From contig CM022677.1 of NCBI GenBank assembly GCA_012295275.1, positions 7,874,001 to 7,938,000 of the forward strand: a DNA stretch of 64,000 bases, given 5' to 3'. Of this stretch, positions 1 through 13,689 are shown in pieces. Each line of letters begins with the position of its first letter. Position 1 is the stretch's first letter. The translations under genes were made by a program, and so were the position numbers. The notes under the pieces are model-generated. The model was not told where the DNA came from. It did no database searches and saw nothing but the letters and a program-made list of their open reading frames with translations. The stretch comes from Chrysomallon squamiferum (lineage: Eukaryota; Animalia; Mollusca).

Positions 1-217
1 TATATATATATATATATATATATAGATATATATAAACAAAACATTTCATACACAGAATACAGAACATACATATACTTTGTGTATTACCTGAAGCCAGGTA
101 GGTACTTCTCCATCTTCTCCCCAGTAAAGTGTTCCATTCATCAACAGACAGAATACAGTCCTTAGAGTCTAGAAATTTAAAATACTTTCATCACTTTCTG
201 TTCTCTTCTATATTATT

Positions 218-307
<90 letters not shown>

Positions 308-1107
308 ATGGAGATGAACATACTGAATTATCAAGTGGGAAAGACAAGATATAAATATTCATAAATAAAGAGAATGTGATGTTTATTAATACAGATAGAT
401 ACATAGAAAGATAGACAGATAGCTGTGAACTGTTATTACTACACTATTACATACTATATAATAACTCACAATGACCTTTCAACATGGCTGCAGTGTCAGA
501 AGTTGACTGTTTCCTTTATCTGCGAGAATGGCTAGACAGCACATCATATTACCCAGCATTCCTAGAGGGAGATAAACAAACAAATAAATGATATGACAAA
601 TTTCAATAAATAAGAACCATATAAATGTTAAAATAAAAAATAACTATAACTGTTTACCAGGATGTCCTCCAAGTGCTGTCAGTTTAATCAGAAAGATAAT
701 GAGTTTCCACCAGTATTCAGGCTCTTTAACTCAGAGTTGTGTCCCTTGGTGGTACAGACAAAGACTAAGTGCACCGTCAGTTTCAATCTTAAATTTAAAT
801 AAAACAGGCCTGAGTATTCTGTACAAAACATTTAAACATATAAACTGATAACCAAATACACATACTATTATCTTAATAGTAGCAATTATAACTATTGCTG
901 ATACACACATGCACTCACTCATACACACACACATGGTTCTATCCCATCTTGTGGAAGTCATAAATAAATCACTAATCCCATTCACTGTACTCAAATAAGA
1001 CAGTGGACTAGGCCACAGGGTTGAGTGTCGTCCCATCCTGTCAAATCCCATGTACCGGCCACAGAGGAGTAACAAAACAAGTTGAATTTGCTTATTTGTG
1101 TATTTAA

Positions 1108-1262
1108 TATTCAAGCACTATATTCAGAGATAGTATTATTCAAAGTTCAAGCACTATATTCAGAGATAGTATTATTCAAAGTTCAAGCACTATATTCAGA
1201 GATAGTATTATCCAAAGTTCAAGCACTATATTCAGAGATAGTATTATTCAAAGTTCAAGCAT
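1108..1262. repeat. 36-bp tandem repeat, ~4.3 copies
   Basis: Unit ttcaagcactatattcagagatagtattattcaaag, near-identical copies. Explains the VQALYSEIVLFK repeat ORF. Confidence 0.95.
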
Positions 1263-1289
1263 TAAATTCAGGGATACCTTGTTCAGATA

Positions 1290-1735
1290 CACTATGATCA
1301 ACTCAGTTACAACTGCACAATGTAAAACTGGTTCCACAAACCAGGCCCAAGAGGAGAATGTCCCGTCCATGTAGATTGTCTCAGCTGTCTGTAGATCTCT
1401 TAGCTGATCATCAGTTGAGAACTCCAACATTTTGTCAGCATCTCCATCTGAGAACAAGAGGAAGCATCTTGTGTTTGTGTCCAGGGTGCTTCTCTGGAGG
1501 CTGGGAGGATGGGGATGGGGGTTTTATGATGATGGTACAAGGTGCTCTTCACATTGTGGAAGGTAGGCAAGGCAGGAACGTTGTTGTCATCGTGGTGGAC
1601 AATCTCATCATTGTAGATCTGTTGTGTGATTTCATCTCTCGCCTGCTTGTGCATGTGCTCATGAAATGAATGGCAGTCTGGTTATCAGGTGGGTGATTAA
1701 AAAACATAAAACAAGACATGGGGTGGGTCAGGTTG
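1290..1735 (-). mobile_element. Mutator-like (MULE) transposase fragment, frameshifted
   Basis: Across frames: LPTFHNVKSTLYHH...P.LP and DKMLEFSTDDQLRDLQTAETIYMDGTFSS, the typical YMDGTF first catalytic Asp region of FLYWCH-type MULE transposases. Confidence 0.8.
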
Positions 1736-2308
1736 TTATTTCTGTATTAATTATGACAAAATCGGACGACACCACACACACAAACACACTATTAGCTGAG
1801 CAGCAATTATCACTACTGCTGATACACACACTCACTCACTTACTCACTCACACACACAATCACACATTAGCTGAGTAGCAATTATCACTACTGGTGATAC
1901 ACACACACTATAAAGGATTTCTTGTAAATTTCTCTGGGGCCAGTATGCCAGACTTGCAACAGAACTTTGATTTGATTCATCTTGATAAAAATGAAAAAAA
2001 ATGAAAAAAACAACATTCATCTTTCATATACATACCACAACACATACTGAAACACACATAGAAAAAGCTAGCAAGTACATTTACAGAGACACACATACAC
2101 AGACAGACAGAAACTCAGAAACAAACACCAACTAACCCTAAATACCAACAACAGATGACAAATACACTGAGATGCCAAACACAGACACAAATAGAATGAC
2201 AAAGAATGAATGAGAAAGAAAATACAGAGAAGAAAGAGAGAGTGTTAAGTAGAATGAGGTTGATAGTTATGGATAAAGAAAAATATAGACAGAGAAAGTA
2301 TGTGTAGG

Positions 2309-2379
<71 letters not shown>

Positions 2380-2972
2380 TTCAAGAGCATGAGAACAAAG
2401 ACAAAAAGTAAACAAGCAGTTTTTATATATTTAATACACATACCTAATAAACAACTGGCGTTCAGACTTAATTCCTGCAGAGAACTTGTGTCTGATTTGG
2501 ATTCTGGAAACTTGGCAACTGTACTTTAACTATCAGCAGAAAAAAGTAAAAACAAAAAGAAGAAAACATATAATAATGAGAAATTTGTCAAATCTAAATA
2601 GTTAGAAAATGAAATACACATGTGTGTGTGTGTATGTGTAAGATATATAAATATATATAAGAGAGAGAGAGATATTAATAAGATATAATAATATACAAAT
2701 CTAAATTAACCATCAACAGTAAGTGTTTGGTTGTTAACTTTTCCATCATTCAGATGAAAAGCAGTCATCTTTGGATGATTGAAAACAGCAGACAAAAACT
2801 GAGTACTCAGTTTAGTGATTCCAGCGGTTTATTCCTGATTCTGGCAGTGAGATTATAACACATCTTAACTGGACACGCTGGTTGTTCCATTTCTGGGTTT
2901 TATTTCTCACTCTTACTAATTGGTGTTCCATCACCTTAATTGATGTACTTTTGTCCACAATTTGTAGGACAA

Positions 2973-4240
2973 TCAGTCAGACTCTACACAAGAAATGTCC
3001 CAGAAAGCCACTGCGAGCTGACAAGTAGGAAGCCGTGTCCCAGGTACACATATTATTGATCCAAGCTGGAAGAGCTTGTTCTTGTCTTCTTCAGTGTGGC
3101 AGGACTTCCTTGGTTTCTGTCCACCTTCCAGCTGCAGCAGATGGACTTCCTTGTTGGCATTCTCTGACTTGAACAGGAGAATCAGCTCATATATGTTCAT
3201 GTGTGGTTTCACGCCTCTCTTGGCCAACCTGCTGTTGTAACCTTCACAGTTGTTGTTTGTCCTAGGGGTGTTGCTCCTGAAGTGGTTCCAAATGGTCAAT
3301 GGAAAGTTGCCATTAATCCACGTATCTCGAAAGTACTCGTTGAACTGAAAGCAAGCTGGCAGATCTGGTTTGTGGGTCACTACAAGGTTGTATCCATCCA
3401 CAACACGAGGAACTGGAAGGAACGCTAGTCCAACAAACATACGGAACCACCTGCGTACATCCTCACTGGATATGTAAGCAGGGCAGAGGCCCAATCCTTG
3501 AAGAATCCGAGACAGGGCTTGGCCGAAGTGGAATAAGCATCCCTTCAGATGTGTAGATGGCATCAAATCACGAATCACATTGTGCACCACGATTTCAAAA
3601 TCCACGATCACAGTTTTAGGTTCAACAGAAAAATTCTGGCACACACACACACATGGATTAGGTGACAATGAATCACATACAGCTGGTAAAAGATCTTCCA
3701 ACAGATCTTGAATGTTTCATCCATTGATGTAGTCTCAGACTCGCAAAGTCTCCTAAAATCAGCACCAGTACCAAACACGATGATTCTACTCTCCACCTGC
3801 ACGTCATCCACAAGGACAAAATCAGATCCCAACTGTCTTGGTCCACTCACCTTCCAGGTGTAAATCCATGGCTGCCTTTGGAGTTTGCAGGCTTTTTCAC
3901 TCTCTGATGCCCTCAAACATACTCAGCTTGGAAGCTATGTCCTGTGGTGTTGCGTCTCCATACCCAGTCCACAATTTCTTCCTCTCCTCTTCATGTATCT
4001 TTGGGAAACTGGTCAGCTCCTCCCATGCTTGCTTCTGCATGGTGTTGGTCAGTAGGTGGACAGCAACTTTGCTCTCATCCGAGGAATGGATGTGGTCTTT
4101 ACCTCTCCCGACCTAGTCCCATCCGGTGTAGTAGTCACAGTGGCAAGGCACCTTGAATACAGACATCTCCATGACATTCTTGTTATTAATCCGCCGTGCA
4201 TACCTATATCCATTTATCTTGTTAAAATTGCTAATATTTC
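2973..4240 (-). mobile_element. MULE (Mutator-like, FLYWCH-type) transposase pseudogene
   Basis: N-terminal GYRY...H.H FLYWCH-like remnant, then FVLVDD..RIIVFGT...SMDETFKIC..FYQLYVIH, VIVDFE, GCLFHFGQAL, YFRDTW, WNHF...RTNNNCEGYNSRL (DDE core). Several frameshifts and stops. Confidence 0.9.
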
Positions 4241-4663
4241 CTGTCTCAAATTTTACTGAGATACAACATTAATTTCATGTCTCCAAACATTAATTTTCTT
4301 GCAATCTCTATTCCGGCTCACCTCTGCTCTTCACTGCTCATTAAAGTTAATCTCGTTAATCGCCCCCTCTGTTCTTCATGCCTCTTGTTAATCGCAGTTG
4401 TAGTAGTTTTAGTAGTAGTAACAGTTGTAGTAGCAGTTGTAGCAGAATTCGTAGTTGTGCTATTAGTGGTAACAATACTAGAAGTAGTAATAGTTTTAAT
4501 ATTAATAGAACTAGTAGTAGTAATAGTGGTAATAGTTGTAGTATTAGTAGTAACTGTACTAGTTGTAGTATTAGTACTAGTTGTAACTGTGATAGAATTA
4601 GCTTAGGTCATATAGTAGTAGTAAATACAACAAGAAGAGGTGGTAAATAACTGGAGCCACCAC

Positions 4664-4698
<35 letters not shown>

Positions 4699-5044
4699 AT
4701 GTAATAATGGTAGTAAAAATAACATAATTAACATATATAGTGTAAGTAACAACAGTAGAAATAGCAATATAGAAGGAGCAGAAGTAGCAATATTAATAAC
4801 TAATTGATACTGATGGAGAATTACATATACTACTACTAATAATAACAATAATAATAATAATAAATAATAATAACAATAACAATAATAATATTAATAATAA
4901 CACTAACACTAACACTAACAATAATAATAATACTGACAACAACAACAACAAGAAAACAAAGAAGATGAAGAAGAAGAGAAAATAAGAATTTATTTTTCAC
5001 AGGTATACATATATAAATATAAAAATAATTTCTTTGTTATTGGA

Positions 5045-5079
<35 letters not shown>

Positions 5080-5137
5080 CTATTATTATTATTATCATTA
5101 CTATTATCATTATTACTATTATTACTACTAATACTAC

Positions 5138-5189
<52 letters not shown>

Positions 5190-5879
5190 AAAGATTTTAT
5201 AACAGTTATAATTCAGATTACTCACAGCACTCTCAGTGTCTGTTTTATCAGTGGTGAGGCTAAGGAAGATCACTGTTGTGTTAGAACACATTGCCAAACA
5301 CATGGCTCGGAAAGCCTGGATTCCAAGACTGTTTCCTGATAAGTTCTAAACCTAGCTAAAAAATAAGTAAATAAACAAAAATAAAGGTGTTAATAATTAA
5401 TGAAAATATAGAATACTAAAATATTCAGTAGGTTGTAATATTAAATAAAATAATAAAAAGATTAATAATATTATATATCCAATATTATGTAATTCAGTAT
5501 GATTATATTTTTAAATAAATAAAAAATAATAAGAAAATTAATAAATAAATAAATAAATGATACATACATAAAATGGATAGATACATAGAAAGATTTATAA
5601 ATAAAAAAAAAAAAATAAAAAAAAAATAATCAACTGTCTACTAAAACTTGTTTTAAGAGCATTTTTATAAATTAAAACTATAAATAAATTTAGAATTATT
5701 TAAAAAACTGATTCTTAAGCTATTTATATTCAGAATTATCAAAAGAGAACTTAAAGAAAGATTATATATAATATATATTACAGCTTTGACAATAATTGTT
5801 AAAAATCATAATGAAATGAAACAGAGAAAAAAGAAAGAAACTTGCTAATTAGGAACAAATAAGAAATGATATAAAGACA

Positions 5880-6215
5880 CAGACTGACATACAGAAGGAC
5901 AAACAGATAAGTATATAGTAAGTAGCGACCCAGCTAAAGAGGGAGATTCTCAGAAAGAAATACAGACAGACAAACATAAGTATATAGTAAGTACAGACAT
6001 AGGTATATAGACAGATTCTCAGAAAGAAATACACACAGACAAACATATAAGTATATAGTAAGTAGAGACAAAGGTATATAGACAGATTCTCAGAAAGAAA
6101 TACAGATGAACAGATAAGTATATAGTAAGTACAGACATAGGTATATAGACAGATTCTCAGAAAGACAAACATTTTTATCTGAACGTTTTCTAGGAAAGAA
6201 ATACACACAGACAAA
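5880..6215. repeat. Degenerate ~70-75 bp tandem repeat
   Basis: Recurring gattctcagaaagaaatac...taagtatatagtaagta...ggtatatagaca, ~4 copies. Confidence 0.8.
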
Positions 6216-8423
6216 CAGATAAGCAGAGAGAGATAGAAATAAATAAATAGGGAGACAGACAGAAAGAGAAACAGACAGATAGACTAAGACATATTTATAG
6301 ACATAATTACAGACTGAATATTTTTTAAAGGTTTTAAAAAGTGACTAAGTTGTAAAGCTTGTGGCAATTTAAGTCTTGGTTGGCTGCTTTCAACAAAATC
6401 TCCAGTTTCACAACAAGATTAATCAGTCAAGTCAAACTTTTTCTGCATGTGTGAATGCATATCTTCCATGCTGTCACCCTTACAGAAAAAAGTTTTGAAA
6501 CTAATTTCTTTTCTTTTGTCAGAATTGTTTCAGCAGTTTGTTCACTTTCTTTCTTTGACATTATACCTCTCGTAATGGGTGGTGATGTTTCTGGTTTCTT
6601 TTCTAGTGTATCTGGATGTTTGTTGGCACATGAGTTTTTAGTGGTTGGTGTGGTTATGTCAGTTTGTCTCGGGTCTAATGGTGGTACTGCTGTTGTTGGT
6701 GCTGACTGCTGTTTCTTTTTCAATGATGTGAAACCCATGTCAGTTCTGTGGAAATAACAAAAGAGAGAGAAAAAGAAAAAAATATATACATATTTGTAAA
6801 ACAAGAAACATGAAGAAGAACTATAATAATAAAAATAATTATAACTAGCTTGTAAAAAAAAATAATAACAATAATAATAATAATAAACAAATAATAAAAT
6901 AAAATAATTTGAATTATTAGAATGTAGAAAAATAACTAGAAAGATGAAGATGCAGTTAAGAGATTGAAAATATTAATACTATAAATAAATAAAAAATAAA
7001 AAAGTAAATAAATAAATTAGTAAATCAAAATTTAAATTAAAATTATAATAATAAAATAAATACATACACATAAATACAATAATCATAATAAAAATAATAA
7101 TTCTAATTCTTCAAATAAAATGAGCAGGATAACACAATTCAAAAAATCGGTCTTACAACATTTTCTACTGAAGTGCTGGCTAAGGCAGCTTGAATCTGTT
7201 GTCTAGGATCCTACAACAAAATATAATATTCATTAATAAACTAAACATAAAATGTAGTGCAAGTAGCATTTTACATTATTGAAATAGTTGTAAATTCTGT
7301 AAATAAAATATTGAAATAAATTCAACGTATTTGTTTATTGTTTAATTATAATATAAGATAAGAGTGTAATGTGTGTGTTTTTGTGAGTTTTTTTTATTCA
7401 TTAAGTTATTACCCTTTCACATTGTTAAGGTCTAGAATCCATGTTTTGATGATCTTTTTGTAAAAGTTCTTTTCAACAAAAGGATCAACACCTTTTGGAT
7501 CCACATGTTCATCAGTCTGATGAGATGTTCTTCAGGATGAAAGTTAAGTAGCAACAAAAGTTAGGAAAGGAAAGAGGTGTACAAGAATTAAATAAAAATA
7601 TTGATAACTAAGACAGTATGTTTACATTGTAAAAAGAAGCTTTACAGCATCTTAACAAAATATTAAAGCAACTGGTCTGGAAAAGAACAGCATATATGTT
7701 GATTTAATAAACACTTACTTCAAGCTGGTCACTAATGAAACTGCTAAAACAGACCAAATCGAAAGTAAAGAAAAAATATTTTATTTAAGAACATATACAG
7801 CATGTTTTTTTACTAGATTTAATAAAAAAGGTAACTACCTACACAGAAAATGAAAAAGAAACCCTGTTTCTGCAATATAAAGTGACACCCTTTTAAACAA
7901 GCAACTAAAAATATTTTTCTAATGTACGTCTTTGGACAGAAAAAAACAAACAAACATATACCATAATGTTATACATATATCAGGCTAGATTGTTAAATAA
8001 CCTTATAGCAGTCTGTGTAGCAGATTCCACATCTTGCAGATCATGCACCATAAACATAAGCACTAAAAAAAATAGTTTTGTATAAATGGGAAAAAATATA
8101 CATTATAACTTTAGAAATGTGCTGTTTAATGGTTCAATAAACCTAATGTAATTCATTGGCCTTAATTTCACCAAATCATTAACAACTGAATTTTAGAGAA
8201 ATCATTAAATAAATATTTTATTATTTGAGTCATTTTTCACTTCTTAGGCAGAGAAGTAATTTTATTCCTCAGATTATTTAGTGACAACATCTTTACTCAC
8301 AATCTAGAGATTGTTATTTATTGTCATCTTAGAATAGATGCATAAATGCCTCACAGGAAATAACATGCCCATAATTTGTTTAAAAGAAAATTACATATAT
8401 TTGATTTAATTATTGCTCGTTAC

Positions 8424-8614
8424 CTGCACATAAAACATTTGTTTCACATGTTTCTTGAAGATTCCTGTGTCATCTGTTCCTCAGTCTTTGCCTCCATTCT
8501 TAGGTGCAGAATTTGTTCATGCTCTTATCTCAAATGTTATTCTAGTGCCTCTACCACATGTTTCACTACAACTACCCAGTCTCTGAAGTGACCATACAGA
8601 CCAGAAACCACCAT
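8424..8614 (-). pseudogene. Thrombospondin type-1 (TSP1) repeat pseudo-exon
   Basis: cag|...|gtaac boundaries. Translation DGGFWSVWS...GSCSETCGRGTR...RA*TNSAPKNGGKD*G... then, after a frameshift, ETCETNVLCA: the canonical TSP1 WSxWS/CSxTCG/NPxPxNGG pattern with two in-frame TGA and a frameshift. Confidence 0.8.
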
Positions 8615-9466
8615 CTGTAAGTGTGAAATTAAATAAATAAATATATAATAAATAAATAAATAAATAAATAAATTAATTAATTTAAAATGACAAATACTTT
8701 TTAATTGTACTTGAAATCTAGTACTAAAATGATTTTCTTTCATGTAGAAGTTGAATGTCAGATTAACTTGCCTGCTCAAAGCTTAGTGAGTTCTTTCAAT
8801 TGTACTGCCAGTACAGAATAGTCTGCTGCTGTCAATACATGAGTTGGTGAGGATCCAATTCCAAGATATATTAATGTCTTTGAGACAGGTTATTGATCAG
8901 ATATGCAAAATTATCTATGAATTAATGTTATATTGATCATATTATAAGGCACAATATTGATAAAAATTATTTATACCTCAAACTGTTTAACAAATATAAA
9001 TTGTTTGTTAAGATAAATATATGTAATTATTTAAAATCACATTAGAAAATTAATTTTTAAATCTCTAATAATGCTTGCAGGAGGCACTGGATTGGAAAAT
9101 GGATGAAAAACAAATACAAAATAAAGAAATAAAGAAATGCATAGCTTAATTTATGTGTTTGTGTGTATGTGTGTCTTTGTATGCAAATGTGTACACCAAC
9201 ACACACACCAATGTAAACACAAACAATGGATTCATATATATTTTATTATACTCATCAATATTCAGTCCATTTTCAGAAGCTTACCTCTATCAGACAGTGT
9301 GTAAGTGCGTGCATGCATGTGTATGCACGTGTATGCACAGATAGATAGATCAGATAGATCCAAGACACTATCAGTAATTGCAACATATGATCACTAGATA
9401 AGTTTCTATATTTTCAGTCAGTAAACAAAAACAAGATTACTTTTTTTAAATATTTAATTACCAGTT

Positions 9467-10256
9467 TAATCTTAAAAGCCCCTAGTGCTTGTACAAACAA
9501 GGGGCTTTTAAGATTAGGGGCTTAGGGTCCCGGACAGAGAGGGTGAGTTGAACACATGCCCTCCCGCTCCATTTTTATCTCACCCATTTTTATCTCTCCG
9601 CCCCCTGCCCTAATCCCCCGCACACCCTGAGACAGGTTGTGAAGTACAGAACTAAGTTGAAACTTTAAAACTTTAAAACGATCGCGATTCCATTTATCCT
9701 GTACGGATAATTAGCGTACATAAGCTTAGTGAGTACATATCACTAAAGGGAGATAACTCTAATCTATATAATTTTTACTTTTTTTAGTGAGTACATCTCA
9801 TGTAAGGGAGATAACTCTAATCGATATAATTTTTACTTTATTTAGCAAGTACATCTCACGTAAGGGAGATAACTCTAATCGATATAATTTTTACTTTGCT
9901 TGGTGATTACATCTCACACAAGGGACCTAATTTTAATCTATGTTTCTGAACACATATCACTAAAGGGAGATAACTGTAATTGATATAATTTTTACTTGGC
10001 CGAGGTGAACTCCTCCCACTTCCGGTAACACATCACATATATAAAGAAAGTAATTTTTACACTCTCTTTCATAGATGAATCTAGAATCAGAAAGTACTGC
10101 TGTGGAACCTCAAAAACACCATACACCAAGATTAAATCCCACACAAGTGAACATGCTGACAAGAAACATTAAAGTTTCAGCTTGTTCTGTACTTCACAAA
10201 CTGTCTGAGTGCAGGGCAGACAGCCAGTGAGCGGGGAACTAGGGCAGGGGGGGGCA
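9467..10256. mobile_element. Non-autonomous DNA element: terminal hairpin, inverted repeats and internal ~58-bp tandem array
   Basis: Perfect 17-bp inverted repeat at 9467-9483/9500-9516; inverted arms ~9600-9668 vs ~10168-10255; 4-5 internal copies of gtgagtacatctcac..aagggagataactctaatcgatataatttttactt (9729-10000). Confidence 0.65.
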
Positions 10257-12406
10257 TTTTTGTTTCTTAAACTATTTTTTTATAATTCTGCTTTTACAAT
10301 CTTCTATTATGTGAATAATGTTTTTGTTAGAATTATTTTTTTCTTAACTTTGAATAATTAAACAGCATTTCTTTAGCACTTAACTAAAAGAATTAAATGA
10401 AACAGAAATCTAAATTAGAAAATATATCATTAAATTTTTTATTATTTTCCTTTTTAAAAATTTATTTTGTTTTTGTTAATGCTGTTATCCATTATCATCA
10501 TTATATTAGTTCCTATTATTAATAGTTATTTCCCTTAGACTATTTTGTCTATGAAATTGACTAATTATTATTATTATTATTAGTAGTAGTAGTAGTAGTA
10601 GTAGTACTAGTATCTCTGTTTGTGCATTCTAAGTTTATTTCACATATTTAAAATGTTTCTTTAGTAAAAACTTAATATTTATTCATTCATGCTATTCAGA
10701 ATAAAAATAAGAATTTAAATTCACTACAAAATTCCGTTTTGATACGTGAAACTTTGTATATATTATTTATTATAATTAGAGAAAGAGAAATTTGGGTTTC
10801 ACTACGACTAAGATTGTACGTTTTCATGAAAATTTCATTTCACTGTAAAAATGTAGCATAAAAATTTCAAATACATGTAAATACTGTTTTTCAGCCTTTT
10901 CATACTGACACGTTATTTAAATTTCACAGATATAATGATTTCTAGAGCGTGGCATGTAACATCAATTCAGGTGTTTAGAGACAGAGTGAAAGAGACATTC
11001 AGAGAGAGACAGAGACAGAGGGAGAAAGAGAGATTCAGAGAGAGAGAGAGAAACAGATAGAGATGAAAACATATAGAGAAACTGAGAAAGAAAGACAGAC
11101 AGAGAGAGGAAGATATAGACACAGAGAGAGTGGCAGAGAGGATGAAAGAGACAGAACAGAAGAGACTGTGATAGAGAGAAAGAGAGATAGAGAGAGTCAG
11201 ACAGAGAGAAAGAGACTAACCATTAACAAAATACTAATCATTAACCAAATATTAACCATTAACAAAAAACTAACCATTAACCAAATACTAACATTTAACA
11301 AATACTAACCATTAACAAATACTAACTATCTATCCTCTGTCTGTCTGTCTGTCTGTTTATATCTATGTATCTATATATACATATTTATTTATTTATTTAT
11401 TTATTTATATAATTATCTCTCATTCTCTGAAAAATCATACATACTTCTCTGTTTCATTGTGAGGTCAATACCTGTTCTCTCTCTGTAACACACAAACACA
11501 TATAACCACACCTACATGTCAGTCTCTCTCAGTCTAGCCATTTATCTATAATCTATCTAGCACACATATAAACATACTCTTATTCACACATTCAGTTATA
11601 TACCAATCCTCTAACATAAATAAAATAATCACTATTATGAACCTGTGTATCTATGTATCTATTTATGTAGTTTATACAGTTTGTGTCTGTGTGTGTGTGT
11701 CATCCATCTATATCTACCCTTCATAACACATATATACATAAACCTATTCACTCATCATTTATTTATTTATATTTAATCTATCATTTTTCTCAAAGATCCA
11801 CTAAAAACACTTTCACATACACATTTACGTATCCATTCTCTCTAACACACACATATAGTTATACATACACACAGACACATACACATCAATTTATCTATGT
11901 TAATCTGTATATATCTTTCTATATATGTAACTAATTATTGTCTACCTAACCTATCAATCTATTTCTCAAGCTATCAATATGTCTAACTATCTCTATATCA
12001 ATCTATCTTACTCTCTCGGTTACAAATAGCACAGTCTATCTTGCACACACACAAAACACACACACACACACATTTATGTATACACTCTCTCTATTTATAT
12101 CTTAATAATTATTTAAATACATTCTTTTTCTCTATTTTTCTATCTATAAATATATTTATTTATCCGTCTATTTATCCCATATACATAAGCAACAGACTCA
12201 GTCTTTCTTCCAGTTGTGCAGTATATACTCATGCCTCCTTCCATCTATCTAGCTTTCTTCTGTCTACCAATTTATCTCTCTATCCACCCTTTTTTACACA
12301 CACACACATACACACATATATGTAGGTACATATACATACTAATCATCTTTAAACACACAAATACATTATCATTCCTATGCACGTTATGTATGTGTGTGTA
12401 TATATA

Positions 12407-13689
12407 CTCTCCCAAAAAAGAAATGCAAAATGGTTGTTTTCTTAGATAACTATTGTAAACTGACACATCCAAACTATGAATATAATGACATTTGGTGATT
12501 CAAACGTATAGCTTTTGTTGCAGTCGCCAAGAAGCAGGTAACACAAAATAAAGACTATGATTGTGTTTATTAGCCATAATGTGCCCCATACAAACCACGT
12601 TAGCAGTGCATGTGCACGTGCGGCACATGAAACTTGAATATGAGGGTTATAAAAATGCAAGATTTTCAAAAACTTCTGTTCATTATTTTTGTTCTGGCCA
12701 AACAACAAACAAATGCCACGACTGAGTGAACCACAACAAAACCATGCCATCGGCCGTTTACAAGCTGGATGAATCTTTCTCAGCCATAGCCCGGGTGTTC
12801 CATGTATCCCCAAGCACCACCTTGAGATTGTGGTATCAGTTCCAGCAACACCAAACAACATGTGATCGTCCCAGACCATGTGTAACCACAGGGCCCAGGA
12901 CCGCTACATATGGGTACTTCATCTACGGGAAAGAATCAGCACGGCAACCTCTACTGCTTCAGCAATACCAGGTCTGTGTAGAATATCGGCTCAGACAGTG
13001 TGCAACTGTTTACGCGAGGCAGGTATTCGAGCCAGACGGCCTGTAAGGAGAGTGGTTTTGACTCAACAACATCGTCCACTTTGACATCAGTGGTCTCAAG
13101 TGCACAGAGTCTGGCCTCAGTTACGATGGAGAACTGTCTGAGGTGATGAGGCTCGATTTCAGCTTCATCAAGCTGATGGAAGATGTTGAGTTAGCAGATG
13201 TCGTGGAGAATGTTTTGCTGCAAACTGCATACAGGAAGCAGACAGATTTGGCGGTGGTAGTGTGATGGTGTGGGCAGCAATCTCATACACTGGCAGGACC
13301 AACCTGGCCCTCTGAATCTCTGGATTTGAACCCCATAGAGCATTTGTGGGAAGAGTTGGATAGACGACTGAGGCAGCATCAACCACAGCCACAGAATTGT
13401 ACTCAGTTGACATTATTACTACACACAGAGTGGGCCACCATTCCACAAGGTGTAATTCATAATGTCATTACTGACATGGGAAGGAGATGTCAGGCAGTTC
13501 TGGACTCCCATGGTGGGCACACAAGGTATTGACATTATACTGACATAAACTTGAACTTTAACCTTTTCAATGTAATGCAATCAATATTAATGAACTGCAA
13601 AAGTGTGTGTAAAATGTGAACATTCTACTGCTTTCTGTTGATCCATTAATGTCAATAAAATCTACTTTTGCATTTCTTTTTTGTTAGAG
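12407..13689 (+). mobile_element. Tc1/mariner transposon, internally deleted, with TIRs and TA target sites
   Basis: TA|ctctcccaaaaaagaaatgcaaaa ... ttttgcatttcttttttgttagag|TA. Transposase remnants from ATG 12713 (MPRLSEPQQNHAIGRLQAG; ISAQTV.N.LREAGIRARRP; DEARF; GGGSVMVWAAIS; DLNPIEHLWEELDRR...GGHTRY ending 13532). Confidence 0.95.

Larger units (their letters stand above)
725..6760 (-). repeat. Left copy of an inverted segmental duplication (partner at 32740-37195)
   Basis: Collinear reverse-complement blocks: 731-860 vs 37070-37195; 2470-2825 vs 34870-35300; 4400-4800 vs 33780-34170; 5220-5720 vs 33230-33700; 6150-6340 vs 32830-33010; 6670-6750 vs 32745-32825. Confidence 0.85.

Noticed and set aside
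216-404. SL/ER dipeptide ORFs (also 2115, 47338, 49559)
   Set aside because: (GA)n microsatellites.
4277-5339. Hydrophobic poly-V/L/I ORFs (also 26007, 52436, 53418-53966, 57235-57858, 58725-59307)
   Set aside because: Trinucleotide microsatellite artefacts (TAG/TAT/TAC).
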